Source: a phage. Taken from it: a stretch of 64,000 nt of DNA. The translations under genes were made by a program, and so were the position numbers. The stretch is taken from sequence record PZ452578.1, one strand, 5' to 3'. Below the pieces are notes generated by a model, which saw nothing but the letters and a program-made list of their open reading frames with translations, was not told the origin of the DNA and ran no database searches. Below are positions 9,391-18,693 of this stretch, piece by piece. The stretch's first letter is position 1. Every line of letters begins with the position of its first letter.

Positions 9391-11202
9391 GCTCATCCAT
9401 TCTTTACGAAGGTCAGCATTATCTCCCATGAGCATTTCAAAAAGCTCTTTCCAGTTCTCAGGAAGTTTAACAACATCATATACTGGATTTTGAATCATCT
9501 CACGATATTCAGATTTTTCCAAAGAGCCAAGTCCCTTAATATAACGGATACTATGTTTAGGTAGAGCATCTTTAGCACTCTCATATTCAGCGACTGTATA
9601 AAACCATTCTTGTTTTTTACCGACCTGAGCGATGATTACAGGAGTTTTGACAAAGCGAATTCGTCCTTGCTCAAACAATTCTGGCCAATTACTAAAAAAT
9701 CCGAGCAGAGAAGGATAAATGCTTCCTAAACCATCATGGTCAGCATCAGTCATAATAGCAATATTATGATAATTCAAGTTTTCAGCTTTTTCACCTAGAA
9801 CTAAACCCGTGATTGCGCAAATATCAAACAGTTCTTTGTTTTTAAGCATATCAGCATATGACATACCCCAACTGTTGAGAACTTTACCACGCAATGGATA
9901 ACCACCATGAAGTTCTTTATCACGAACATCAATAAGATATCCGATAGCAGAATCACCCTCAGTCAAGAAAAGAGTAGTGTCAGCATCTTTACCACAAAGA
10001 TTCGCTTTAATATGTTTATGAACCTTAGCTTTAGAAGCCTTTTTAGCTGCTTTAGTTTCTGCTGCTTTTTCTGCTGCCAATTTACGAGCTAATGCTGCTT
10101 CAATAATTGGCATCAAAATTGCTTCATTATTTAGAATAGCGCGTGAAATCTTTTTAGCATCAAGTTGAATATGACTACGGATTTCACCAAATGGAGAAGT
10201 CAAACGCTCTTTAGTTTGAGAATCAAATCGCATGTTTTTCATATCACGAACAAACATAACGATAGTCAAACATTCTTTGACACGTGCTTTAGTTACATCA
10301 ATTTTGAACTTACGTTTGATTTGTGGAATAAGGTCTTCACAAATATCATCCATAACACAGTCAATGTGATGGCCACCATTCTTAGTGTGAATGTTATTCA
10401 CATAAGTTAATTGACGAAATCCATCCGGTGAACGACCAACCGCAATAGAACAATTTTCTTGTTCTTGAACAATAGCATGTTCATCATACTGTCGTGCATA
10501 TTTCTTAAAATTGCCCTGAACCTTTTTACCATTAAAGGTAAATTGAATATCAGGATAAACAACAGCAAGTGTCTGGAGACGATCCAGTGTAATGTCAAGA
10601 TAAACTTGGGACAGCTCATTAGTTTCAAATGACATAAAATCAGGAATGAAAGTAACACGAGTTCCTTTCCATTTTCCAGGAATATCTTCCCATGATTTAT
10701 TTTCCATGCCATTTGAACAACGAACTACAATATTATTTTGACCATCACCAGTTTCACCGACAAACATCACAGAAAAAATGTTTGTCAAACTAGAACCAAC
10801 ACCATTCATACCACCGGTGACGCGTTCTTTATCATCACCGAAGTTACCACCTGCTTTTGGAATAGTCCACGCAGCAACAGGACCAGGAATTTCTTCACCT
10901 GTAGGTGTTTTAACCATCGCCTGTGGAATACCGCGACCGTTATCTTCAACTGTTACCTGATTATTTTTAATAGTAACATTAATTTTATTTGCGAATTTAA
11001 ACTTAGTACGAATACCTTCATCTACTGAGTTATCAATAATTTCATCAATAAGCTTAACAAGACCAGGTACATACTGAACACTTTCCCATTTACCAAACAG
11101 AAAGCGCTCATGCATTTCATTAGCAGAAGAGCCAATATACATGCCGCTACGCTTTTTGATATGTTCAATATCGCTCAGAATTTTAATTTCATTCTTAATC
11201 AT
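9385..11202 (-). CDS. 39: DNA topoisomerase II large subunit gp39 (GyrB-like), uninterrupted 39/60 fusion form
   Basis: ORF track; ATG at 11202 gives 605 aa; GHKL ATPase N-terminus MIKNEIKILSDIEHIKKRSGMYIGSS. Confidence 0.95.
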   Translation of the reverse strand: MIKNEIKILSDIEHIKKRSGMYIGSSANEMHERFLFGKWESVQYVPGLVKLIDEIIDNSVDEGIRTKFKFANKINVTIKNNQVTVEDNGRGIPQAMVKTPTGEEIPGPVAAWTIPKAGGNFGDDKERVTGGMNGVGSSLTNIFSVMFVGETGDGQNNIVVRCSNGMENKSWEDIPGKWKGTRVTFIPDFMSFETNELSQVYLDITLDRLQTLAVVYPDIQFTFNGKKVQGNFKKYARQYDEHAIVQEQENCSIAVGRSPDGFRQLTYVNNIHTKNGGHHIDCVMDDICEDLIPQIKRKFKIDVTKARVKECLTIVMFVRDMKNMRFDSQTKERLTSPFGEIRSHIQLDAKKISRAILNNEAILMPIIEAALARKLAAEKAAETKAAKKASKAKVHKHIKANLCGKDADTTLFLTEGDSAIGYLIDVRDKELHGGYPLRGKVLNSWGMSYADMLKNKELFDICAITGLVLGEKAENLNYHNIAIMTDADHDGLGSIYPSLLGFFSNWPELFEQGRIRFVKTPVIIAQVGKKQEWFYTVAEYESAKDALPKHSIRYIKGLGSLEKSEYREMIQNPVYDVVKLPENWKELFEMLMGDNADLRKEWMSQ

Positions 11203-11229
11203 CACTTATCCTCGTTTGGTTTCGGGAAT

Positions 11230-11255
11230 ATTATACTCCGGTAATCATAAAGCTA
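11230..11255 (-). promoter_or_regulatory. Candidate MotA-dependent middle promoter (aGCTTTA box, 12-bp gap, TATAAT) upstream of gene 39
   Basis: Reverse complement reads TAGCTTTATgattaccggagTATAAT. Confidence 0.45.
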
Positions 11256-11273
11256 AAGGCCCGAAGGCCTTTT
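11256..11273 (-). other. CUUCGG RNA hairpin (possible terminator/processing site)
   Basis: aaaggcc-cgaa-ggccttt inverted repeat. Confidence 0.5.
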
Positions 11274-11541
11274 ATTTAAAACGAATAGTTGAATCCTTAA
11301 AGAACAGCCCAGAACATACTGTTCCTTCTACTTTCTGCCCGGTAGGTCCAATAGCACGAAATCCAGTATGCTGGAAATCATTTTCAGAGCAACCGAACCA
11401 ATTATATCCAGTGATTTCAATATTAGTAAAACCACTTGAAGACAAAACTTTAGTTGCATTATCAGCATCAGTACATCCTACTAAAGACACTGCTAATACT
11501 AATGCTGCGATAGAACGATTAATATATTTCATAATTTTCAC
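11272..11541 (-). CDS. putative lipoprotein (89 aa; signal peptide with LVGC lipobox)
   Basis: ORF track; N-terminal hydrophobic segment then Cys. Confidence 0.65.
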   Translation of the reverse strand: MKIMKYINRSIAALVLAVSLVGCTDADNATKVLSSSGFTNIEITGYNWFGCSENDFQHTGFRAIGPTGQKVEGTVCSGLFFKDSTIRFK

Positions 11542-11909
11542 TTAAATTTAATGGCTTGAAGAAGACTAATAACTCTCAAGCGACTTCTTTCATCTTTAAC
11601 TGTAAAGGAAAGAGGGTCACCAGATTTCATAGTGATAGTACATGCAAAATCAAAATCTTCTGTGACTTCTTCGAAGAAGTCAAATTCTTCATCATAAATT
11701 AGAACACTACTTTGCAGACTGTGAAGAGTTTTTCCAGCATTTCCAGATGCTGTACCAATCATTGTAACATTATGACCTTTCATATCTTCAACGATAAATT
11801 CACTAGTCAATATTACAGCATTAATAGAACTATTCCTATTACTAGCAGAAAGTAGAAATTTCTGTTCTTCACCTTCGCGAATACGATATTTCTTACCCAT
11901 TTTAAACAT
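11538..11909 (-). CDS. hypothetical protein (123 aa)
   Basis: ORF track; start overlaps upstream stop. Confidence 0.6.
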   Translation of the reverse strand: MFKMGKKYRIREGEEQKFLLSASNRNSSINAVILTSEFIVEDMKGHNVTMIGTASGNAGKTLHSLQSSVLIYDEEFDFFEEVTEDFDFACTITMKSGDPLSFTVKDERSRLRVISLLQAIKFK

Positions 11910-11911
11910 AA

Positions 11912-12088
11912 TTATCCCTTAAGTAAGTCGTAAAATCCGCCATTCACATGCTTAGGAGCAGAAGCCCGACGAGTAGACAAACGATGACATTTAGGGCAAA
12001 CATCATTTTCTCGTTCAGAAATCTTTTTAATTTTTTCATATTCATGCCCGCAATCTTCAGATTGGCATTTATAATCATACATTGGCAT
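11912..12088 (-). CDS. FmdB-like zinc-ribbon protein (58 aa, two CxxC pairs)
   Basis: Own translation MPMYDYKCQSEDCGHEYEKIKKISERENDVCPKCHRL...; below ORF-track cutoff. Confidence 0.5.
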   Translation of the reverse strand: MPMYDYKCQSEDCGHEYEKIKKISERENDVCPKCHRLSTRRASAPKHVNGGFYDLLKG

Positions 12089-12090
12089 AA

Positions 12091-12510
12091 TTATTCCTTA
12101 AAATGTGCTTTCAACATCTGATACAAGGACCATGCCTGTTCATTATTTTCAATAGTAACTTTCATTACCGGGAATTCTGTGAAATCTTCTATTTGTTCTT
12201 GCTCTTCCTGCTCTTGTTCTTTAGCATCCTGATATGGATTTTCAACTTCATCAAAGAACCCAGCTTCGTTAGTAGAAAGCCAGATAAAGTTTTCGTCAAG
12301 GATATCACCATGTGTTGCATATCCAACTGTGCCAGTAGATGTCACAATTTTAGTAGGACGACCAAGATAGTCAACATCTAAAATTTTAAAAGGATGCATA
12401 CCTAAACGGCGTGCATAGATTCCGTTATCAGTATGGTCTTTAATAAAATTTTCTTGAGCCTGTTTATTTTTAAATTGATACCATTTATTAACTTCAAATT
12501 TAATAGCCAT
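12091..12510 (-). CDS. hypothetical protein (139 aa)
   Basis: ORF track. Confidence 0.65.
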   Translation of the reverse strand: MAIKFEVNKWYQFKNKQAQENFIKDHTDNGIYARRLGMHPFKILDVDYLGRPTKIVTSTGTVGYATHGDILDENFIWLSTNEAGFFDEVENPYQDAKEQEQEEQEQIEDFTEFPVMKVTIENNEQAWSLYQMLKAHFKE

Positions 12511-12725
12511 TAATAAATTTCCTTCCAGTAAGTTGTGCCATCTTCAGTAATTTCACGAAATACACCGTAAATTGGTTGTTTATCACCAACCTTTTCATAC
12601 ACATAAACCGAAGTCAAGTGAGTAAACTTGATGGTGTGTTCCTTTTGAACTACTACCAAATCTGGATCGAATAATACATCTTCAAATTCGTCATTAGTGC
12701 AGTTCTGAACAATTTTACGTTTCAT
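12510..12725 (-). CDS. hypothetical protein (71 aa)
   Basis: ORF track. Confidence 0.6.
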   Translation of the reverse strand: MKRKIVQNCTNDEFEDVLFDPDLVVVQKEHTIKFTHLTSVYVYEKVGDKQPIYGVFREITEDGTTYWKEIY

Positions 12726-12738
12726 TACAATTTCCTCA

Positions 12739-13008
12739 TTAATTGAACAGTGGAGCGATACGTTTCAGAAGAGTAGCAGCACCTTTAGCGAATTTTACAT
12801 CATGAAAAACAGTTTCTTCTTCTGTAACAACTCGAACTTTAATATTTTCGCAATCCCAATTTTTGCGAACAATCTTCAAAAGCTGCAGTAAATCTTTACA
12901 TTCAGCAATATCGATAACACATCCACGAGAATCTTCCATTATCGCACGATAACCGTAAGCTATACCATAATCGTTGAAAGATTGCTCGATGATGATTAAG
13001 TTTTCCAT
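12739..13008 (-). CDS. hypothetical protein (89 aa)
   Basis: ATG at 13008 preceded by GGAG; track start is a TTG inside the leader. Confidence 0.6.
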   Translation of the reverse strand: MENLIIIEQSFNDYGIAYGYRAIMEDSRGCVIDIAECKDLLQLLKIVRKNWDCENIKVRVVTEEETVFHDVKFAKGAATLLKRIAPLFN

Positions 13009-13051
13009 TTTATTCTCCAAGTTGTTTTCTATATCAGTAGTTGATATTGAT

Positions 13052-13100
13052 ATAGTACCATAATCAACTACTGATGTATATAGTTTTATGAAAAAATTTT
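13052..13100 (-). promoter_or_regulatory. Degenerate copy of the early promoter-leader cassette (good -10 TGgTACTAT, poor -35)
   Basis: Leader caatatcaactactgata and -10 conserved; -35 region diverged. Confidence 0.4.
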
Positions 13101-13105
13101 AAACT

Positions 13106-13594
13106 TTATGCATAGAGAGCATTGCTATAGTGTTTAATCCAACTTTCAGGAATGACTTTGTATGTTCCTAAAAATACCACGTTGTACAACTTAACGCCAT
13201 CTTCTACCCATTGATCGGTAATGTATCCACACATAGCGCGAGTATAAACAGCCTTTCCATCATCTTTGATAAATTTAAATTCACAAGGAGCAATGAACTT
13301 AATAGCTTGACCGAGTTTCCACTTAAAGTCTACACCTACATGCGAAGTATCAATCGTTTCAATTCCTTTAGCGGGAACAGCTTTCAAAAACGCAGATTCA
13401 AGAAATTTCGCACGAACATAGCCAAACTGAGGTTTAGACTTTCCATCTTTAGGAATGATACGCACTTTTACTTCAGAATCTTCATCTTTAACACCATGTT
13501 TAAGCTGAATGCTTACAATTTCGACCAATTTTCCTGCTGCTTTAGAACGGGATTTATCAGATACACGAGCAATTTCACCAATATTAATAATCAT
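13106..13594 (-). CDS. MotB-position protein (162 aa)
   Basis: ORF track; length matches T4 MotB; C-terminus similar to next gene. Confidence 0.55.
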   Translation of the reverse strand: MIINIGEIARVSDKSRSKAAGKLVEIVSIQLKHGVKDEDSEVKVRIIPKDGKSKPQFGYVRAKFLESAFLKAVPAKGIETIDTSHVGVDFKWKLGQAIKFIAPCEFKFIKDDGKAVYTRAMCGYITDQWVEDGVKLYNVVFLGTYKVIPESWIKHYSNALYA

Positions 13595-13638
13595 AGTTAT
13601 CTCTCACTTGTTAAAAAGATTTTATACTCCACAGGACC

Positions 13639-13675
13639 ATTATACTCTGGCCCCAAGAGTTTGTAAACTATTAAT
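13639..13675 (-). promoter_or_regulatory. T4-type early promoter (GTTTAC / TATAAT)
   Basis: Plus attata 13639-13644, gtaaac 13663-13668. Confidence 0.6.
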
Positions 13676-14210
13676 TCAAAATAGCTACCACTGCACTACG
13701 AGGTACTACACTAAAATCGCCTGCATGAACAACATTCAGAAGTTCAACGCCATCTTCAATCCATTGGTCTGTTACCCAACCACAGACCGAAATAAATGGA
13801 GTCTTGATAGCTACCGCATGAGTTAGAAGGTCAGTAGGATCAACTTCTTTGAAGAGGATAAGCTCTGCTTCAAAAACTATAGTTTTAATTACTTCATCAT
13901 TATCTAAACGTTGTACTCGAATCACGTAAGCTTTATTCTTATCATACCAGTTACTTTTTGAAAAGCTTTTAACCACAAACTCGCCTTCACCAAAAGCATT
14001 AGTCAATGCTTTATAACCCAAATTTAGTTCAGTAGTTTTAATTTCAGTTTCAACCAGTTTGTAGGTTTTGCCGATTTCAATAGCGGTAGTCATAGTAGGT
14101 TCCTTAATTTCCAGTGGTTTAACAGGGCATACATAAGTGCTTACAACATCAAAATCAATCAGTTTAGCTACCGGATTTGGTATGTATTCAGGATTATAAT
14201 TAAATTTCAT
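13671..14210 (-). CDS. hypothetical protein (179 aa), paralog of the 13106..13594 product
   Basis: ORF track; shared C-terminal motif TDQW[IV]EDGV.L.NVV. Confidence 0.6.
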   Translation of the reverse strand: MKFNYNPEYIPNPVAKLIDFDVVSTYVCPVKPLEIKEPTMTTAIEIGKTYKLVETEIKTTELNLGYKALTNAFGEGEFVVKSFSKSNWYDKNKAYVIRVQRLDNDEVIKTIVFEAELILFKEVDPTDLLTHAVAIKTPFISVCGWVTDQWIEDGVELLNVVHAGDFSVVPRSAVVAILN

Positions 14211-14212
14211 AA

Positions 14213-14713
14213 TTATCTCATTTCAATAAAATCTACGAGTTCAGCATGCGATTTGCGGAACATTACTTGATGCCCACCAATGATAACTTCATCTTCAGGA
14301 ACTTCGTATACAGCGAGATAAAATCCTTTAGAAGATAATTCTTCCCGCTCTTCTCGTGTGAACCATCTCATCATATCATATTCGCTAGCGAAACCAAAAT
14401 GATAAAGAGCTATAAACCATCCTGGAATATGATATTCTACTCCAACATAATCTTTCTTGAACTTAGTATTAATTACTATATTAGCGTTTTTAACTAATAG
14501 TTTATCTTCGTGTGGTAAAGGAATTCTTTTATTATTATCGCTATGATGCATAAAATTAGGTCTGTCATAACCTACGTGTAATAGCCACTCTTCGCTCCAT
14601 GAATCTATTATACTTCTATACGGCGTTATTTGAACACAAAGATTTCGACGTATTGTTATAGCATCTTCATAATTAAGAATACTAAACGATGATTCAACAC
14701 GATAAATTTTCAT
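14213..14713 (-). CDS. hypothetical protein (166 aa)
   Basis: ORF track. Confidence 0.6.
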   Translation of the reverse strand: MKIYRVESSFSILNYEDAITIRRNLCVQITPYRSIIDSWSEEWLLHVGYDRPNFMHHSDNNKRIPLPHEDKLLVKNANIVINTKFKKDYVGVEYHIPGWFIALYHFGFASEYDMMRWFTREEREELSSKGFYLAVYEVPEDEVIIGGHQVMFRKSHAELVDFIEMR

Positions 14714-14742
14714 TTTTATTATCCTCAGTAGCTATGGTGTTA

Positions 14743-14780
14743 TAATACCATAACTAACCGAGGAAGTAAACAACTTTTTA
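14743..14780 (-). promoter_or_regulatory. T4-type early promoter (GTTTAC / TGgTATTAT)
   Basis: Plus ataata 14743-14748, gtaaac 14767-14772. Confidence 0.65.
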
Positions 14781-15461
14781 TCGTTTTGTTGGAAGAGATA
14801 GAGGATCGCATTCTTCCTCTGATGGAGCGTCTTCTAGACCCATAGCATAGCGCAAAGCATACTTCATCATCAGGATGTCTTTTGCACAGTCATGAATGGA
14901 ATCATGCGCAACAAATCCATCTAAAGTTCCCTTTGGAAGTGGGCAAGTGGTCATATCACGAACAAGGAGAAGTGCTTCAATTCTAGTACGAATATCACGC
15001 TGATTCCAGAATTTACATGGTTCTAACTTAAACGTATCAAGCTCATTCTCAGAAACACCATTAAGGCGTTGAATATCACGAATGAGATCGACTAAAATTG
15101 GAAAATCAAACGACATTCCACGGCACCAGCCTTGAGATTTCCAAGGATCGATATTATGTGCATTGATGTAATCATTAAATTTTGCAATACCGTCAATAGT
15201 GCTTACATCTTCATCTGATGGTGCAATATTTTTTCTAGCTTCAGGTGATTGATTTTTCCACCATTCAATAGTGCTTTTAGTAAAAAGACGATGTCCTTTT
15301 TGGCTTTTTAAATCAAATTTGATTTTAATGCCACGTGAAACTAATTCATCAAATGTTTCAACAACTTCTGGGTTAGGGTCAAAGGCAATAACAGCCAAAT
15401 CAATAACCGCTGCTTTTTCACCGCTTCCCATTGTTTCAAAATCTATAATAAAATCAAACAT
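14778..15461 (-). CDS. dexA: DexA exonuclease A
   Basis: ORF track 227 aa matches T4 DexA length; position upstream of dda. Confidence 0.85.
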   Translation of the reverse strand: MFDFIIDFETMGSGEKAAVIDLAVIAFDPNPEVVETFDELVSRGIKIKFDLKSQKGHRLFTKSTIEWWKNQSPEARKNIAPSDEDVSTIDGIAKFNDYINAHNIDPWKSQGWCRGMSFDFPILVDLIRDIQRLNGVSENELDTFKLEPCKFWNQRDIRTRIEALLLVRDMTTCPLPKGTLDGFVAHDSIHDCAKDILMMKYALRYAMGLEDAPSEEECDPLSLPTKR

Positions 15462-15718
15462 TAAATTTTCCTTGCTAAATCGCGAATTTGACCTACAGTA
15501 TAGTCTTGAATATAAACTTTATTAATAGGTTCATCAATAAATTTTGCCATAGATTCAATATCTTTTTGCATCTCTTCAAGACTGTATACTATCTTTAAAG
15601 CTTTTTCGCGAATAGTAATATTTTCAGGACCCTGATTTTCTTCAATGACAGCTTTAACATTTGTCATAAGAGATTTAAATTGGTACCAACTTAATTCAAT
15701 CATTAATAATCGCCTCAT
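15461..15718 (-). CDS. hypothetical protein (85 aa)
   Basis: ORF track; paralog of next ORF. Confidence 0.6.
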   Translation of the reverse strand: MRRLLMIELSWYQFKSLMTNVKAVIEENQGPENITIREKALKIVYSLEEMQKDIESMAKFIDEPINKVYIQDYTVGQIRDLARKI

Positions 15719-15956
15719 AAAGATAGCTAATTTCGCCTAAAACATAATCATTAATTGTAACAGTTTTCACTTCACCGCAAAAGAATTCTAACGCAATTAA
15801 ATCTCGTTCAATTTCTTCTAATTGAAGCATCAACTTACTAGATTCAATTTTTACAGTTTCACGATTTTTACCATGAGCAATTTCATAAATTTCGCTAACT
15901 TTATCCTGAAGAAGATAAAACTGATCTTTAGTTATTTCCACGAATAGCTTCCTCAA
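15696..15956 (-). CDS. hypothetical protein (86 aa)
   Basis: ORF track; shares N-terminal MR[RK]L and DY[TV][VL]G motifs with the 15461 ORF. Confidence 0.6.
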   Translation of the reverse strand: MRKLFVEITKDQFYLLQDKVSEIYEIAHGKNRETVKIESSKLMLQLEEIERDLIALEFFCGEVKTVTINDYVLGEISYLYEAIIND

Positions 15957-16188
15957 ATTTAATTAGTAATTTACAGACACTTTCATCTAGTGTAATTACC
16001 GTATCTGTATTACTGTGATATGATTGTTTTTCAATTCGTTTAATTGCTAATATAGTATCACTTATAAGATAAAGCTTATGAAGGAGCTCAGCTCCTGTTA
16101 CCATAACATTAAGATTATCTTGCTTATTAGTATGCTTCCTTATACCATCTATTAGACGATTTAAATATTTTGAATTGATGTTAATCAT
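15928..16188 (-). CDS. hypothetical protein (86 aa)
   Basis: ORF track. Confidence 0.6.
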   Translation of the reverse strand: MININSKYLNRLIDGIRKHTNKQDNLNVMVTGAELLHKLYLISDTILAIKRIEKQSYHSNTDTVITLDESVCKLLIKFEEAIRGNN

Positions 16189-16194
16189 ATAGCC

Positions 16195-17514
16195 TCACAC
16201 ATAAAACACATCATAACGACCACGGGTAACACCAACATAAAGAAGTTGTTGGGCCAATTCAGCATCTGCATAATGAATACAAGGCGTATAAATGAAAGCA
16301 CGGTCTACAGACATACCCTGAGCTTTATGGAATGTTGATGCAGGAAGTGCTTTCACTTTACTAAACTGTGATTTAGCATCCCAAAAATCACTCCATGGAG
16401 CTTTTCCGCCTTTGTTCCAATTTTTATAAGTTTCTGCCGTTTTACCTAAAAATAGGTTAAACTTATATAGCTCTTCATCAGATGAAATTATTTTAATCTT
16501 TTCACGATAATATTCATCATCGCCATAAGTTTCTACTGTTAAATCCCAATGACGAATTAGATATTCTCCAGGAACACCACGAGCTTTAACAAACGTTGAT
16601 GTATACTCTGCTTCTATAATACGAACTAATTGTCCGTTATTAAAAATAATTTCTGACACAGGCTTTCCATCAATTTTATATGTTTTAATTAATGGTTCCT
16701 GCATTACAATAATTTCACCGACAATAAAATCTTTATCAGTTTCAAAAATCTTTTTACGAATAATGCTATTTAACTTGTCAACAGATTTATTCGTAAATGC
16801 CATTACGCGATTTTCAAACAAATCATCTAGAGATTTGACGATTGAAAAATAATTTACCATAAAATCGCGTAAAGCGGTATCACCAGTAAATCCACGTACT
16901 CCATGCCCGTCAACAACTTTATCATAAATCCACTTACCGTTACGAACGTCAGTAGCTACATCAATAATAGGAGCATTACTACGTTTAACTTCAGTGAGTT
17001 CACACTGATAAAAATCTTTATGTGTAAAGAATGGACTGATATAAGCAGTGTTTTCTCCTGGGTCAACAGGTCTAATTTGCTTATTATCACCTATTCCAAT
17101 TATAGTACACCACGGCGGGATAGTTGAAAGCAGAATTTTAAATAGCTTTCTATCATACATTGACACTTCGTCGCAGATTAATACCCTACATTTAGCTAAA
17201 TCTGGTACTTCCTTCTGCTCAAAGAGGACATTTTCTTCATATGTTACTGGGTTAATTTTAAGAATACTATGAATAGTACTCGCTTCTTTCCCCGACAGTT
17301 TTGAAAGAATCTTTTTAGCTGCATGTGTAGGAGCTGCTAAAATAATACCAGTTTCACCCGTAGATATTAAAGCTTCAATGATGAATTTAGTAAGAGTAGT
17401 CTTACCGGTACCAGCAGGTCCATTAATAGTTACATGATGTTTCTTTTCTTTAATAGCCTTCATAACAATGTTAAAGGCATTTTTCTGGCCTTCGGTCAAA
17501 TCATCAAATGTCAT
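16195..17514 (-). CDS. dda: Dda DNA helicase (SF1)
   Basis: ORF track 439 aa; Walker A GPAGTGKT; matches T4 Dda length. Confidence 0.9.
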   Translation of the reverse strand: MTFDDLTEGQKNAFNIVMKAIKEKKHHVTINGPAGTGKTTLTKFIIEALISTGETGIILAAPTHAAKKILSKLSGKEASTIHSILKINPVTYEENVLFEQKEVPDLAKCRVLICDEVSMYDRKLFKILLSTIPPWCTIIGIGDNKQIRPVDPGENTAYISPFFTHKDFYQCELTEVKRSNAPIIDVATDVRNGKWIYDKVVDGHGVRGFTGDTALRDFMVNYFSIVKSLDDLFENRVMAFTNKSVDKLNSIIRKKIFETDKDFIVGEIIVMQEPLIKTYKIDGKPVSEIIFNNGQLVRIIEAEYTSTFVKARGVPGEYLIRHWDLTVETYGDDEYYREKIKIISSDEELYKFNLFLGKTAETYKNWNKGGKAPWSDFWDAKSQFSKVKALPASTFHKAQGMSVDRAFIYTPCIHYADAELAQQLLYVGVTRGRYDVFYV

Positions 17515-17822
17515 CGTAAATTCCCTGCAATTGGTATACTAACAATACGCCCAGTATCTAAAATTCGCTGATATAATCTTTGTGTGTCTACGTCAGGCTT
17601 AACATGTTTAACTTCTATTTTATTAAACCAAAATTTACGTGGAGTCTCAACTAATCTTGGAATTCCCTTACCTAAAGCTAGTCGATACTGCTCTTTAAGA
17701 GTAGTAAATACTTTATCAGCAATATTCCATTCAAAAAATACAGCAGGACGATGTTCATCAAGTGGAACTGGCGCTGTAAATCCGTCTTTGTCTCGGTAAA
17801 CTATCGCATATACATAAACCAT
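17511..17822 (-). CDS. hypothetical protein (103 aa), dda.1 position
   Basis: ORF track. Confidence 0.65.
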   Translation of the reverse strand: MVYVYAIVYRDKDGFTAPVPLDEHRPAVFFEWNIADKVFTTLKEQYRLALGKGIPRLVETPRKFWFNKIEVKHVKPDVDTQRLYQRILDTGRIVSIPIAGNLR

Positions 17823-17823
17823 A

Positions 17824-18570
17824 TTATCCTCGGATAAGTTTAAAAATTGAACAATTCAGCGGATATCCTCTTTTCAGTTTAAGTTTATCAATAAAAGACA
17901 AGTTTTGATACCGCTCTACACCTTGAATAATTTTATCACACATATCATATTGCATTTCTGCTTCTGACAACTTTTTCACAGTTTTCCAATCCGAGCCTTT
18001 AAGAAGAACGTTCAATTTAACAACTTCAGCGCCTTCTGCTATACGAGAACCATCAATACGAGCTTTAAGTGCTATAATTCTTAGCTTAATGTCAGAGGTC
18101 TGTTTTGATTTAGAAAGCTGAGAAATGTGTTCAATTCGGTTTTCACGTTTTTTCTGTATAGCTTTAATTTGATTATAAGTCTTTTTGATTTTAGCCCATT
18201 TCTTTTCATCTAAATTTAGTTTATGAACTTTTTTCGCAGATGAACGACCAATTCGCAAAGCAAACAAATCACGTTTTTCAATTAACTCCTCTAAAGTATA
18301 ATCAGAACGAAATGTATTATACTTTTTCTTTACTGCAATAACATTCCCTTTAATGTATCCAACGTTATTATCAAAACGTTCTAATGATAATTTCTCTCCT
18401 TCAATACGATTATCAAAAGGTTCTCCCGAGTAAGCACAAACTTTCTGATCTAAAATGTTCTTAATGTAATTGAAGTCTAAGTTAAAATCTTTAGAACGTC
18501 TTTTTGCAGATGCCTGAGTATGCTCTAAACGACGTTTAATTTTACGAATTTGGTTATTAGACAGCTTCAT
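17824..18570 (-). CDS. srd: Srd-position protein (248 aa), putative sigma-70-related decoy
   Basis: ORF track; assignment by position between dda and modA and size only. Confidence 0.55.
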   Translation of the reverse strand: MKLSNNQIRKIKRRLEHTQASAKRRSKDFNLDFNYIKNILDQKVCAYSGEPFDNRIEGEKLSLERFDNNVGYIKGNVIAVKKKYNTFRSDYTLEELIEKRDLFALRIGRSSAKKVHKLNLDEKKWAKIKKTYNQIKAIQKKRENRIEHISQLSKSKQTSDIKLRIIALKARIDGSRIAEGAEVVKLNVLLKGSDWKTVKKLSEAEMQYDMCDKIIQGVERYQNLSFIDKLKLKRGYPLNCSIFKLIRG

Positions 18571-18606
18571 ATTTTTCTCACATCTTACGGACGGTTAACT
18601 ACTTAT

Positions 18607-18645
18607 ACTATAACATTTTTACTTTAACTTGTAAACAACTTTATG
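18607..18645 (-). promoter_or_regulatory. T4-type early promoter (GTTTAC / TGtTATAGT)
   Basis: Plus actata 18607-18612, gtaaac 18631-18636. Confidence 0.6.
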
Positions 18646-18651
18646 TAAAAA

Positions 18652-18676
18652 TGCTTTAAAAATTTCATGGTATAAT
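18652..18676 (+). promoter_or_regulatory. Plus-strand MotA-box (TGCTTTA) + 12 bp + extended -10 (TGgTATAAT), antisense to modA
   Basis: Plus strand aaTGCTTTAaaaatttcaTGgTATAATg; no plus-strand ORF downstream. Confidence 0.3.
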
Positions 18677-18693
18677 GAATCTAAGTCCTTCCA

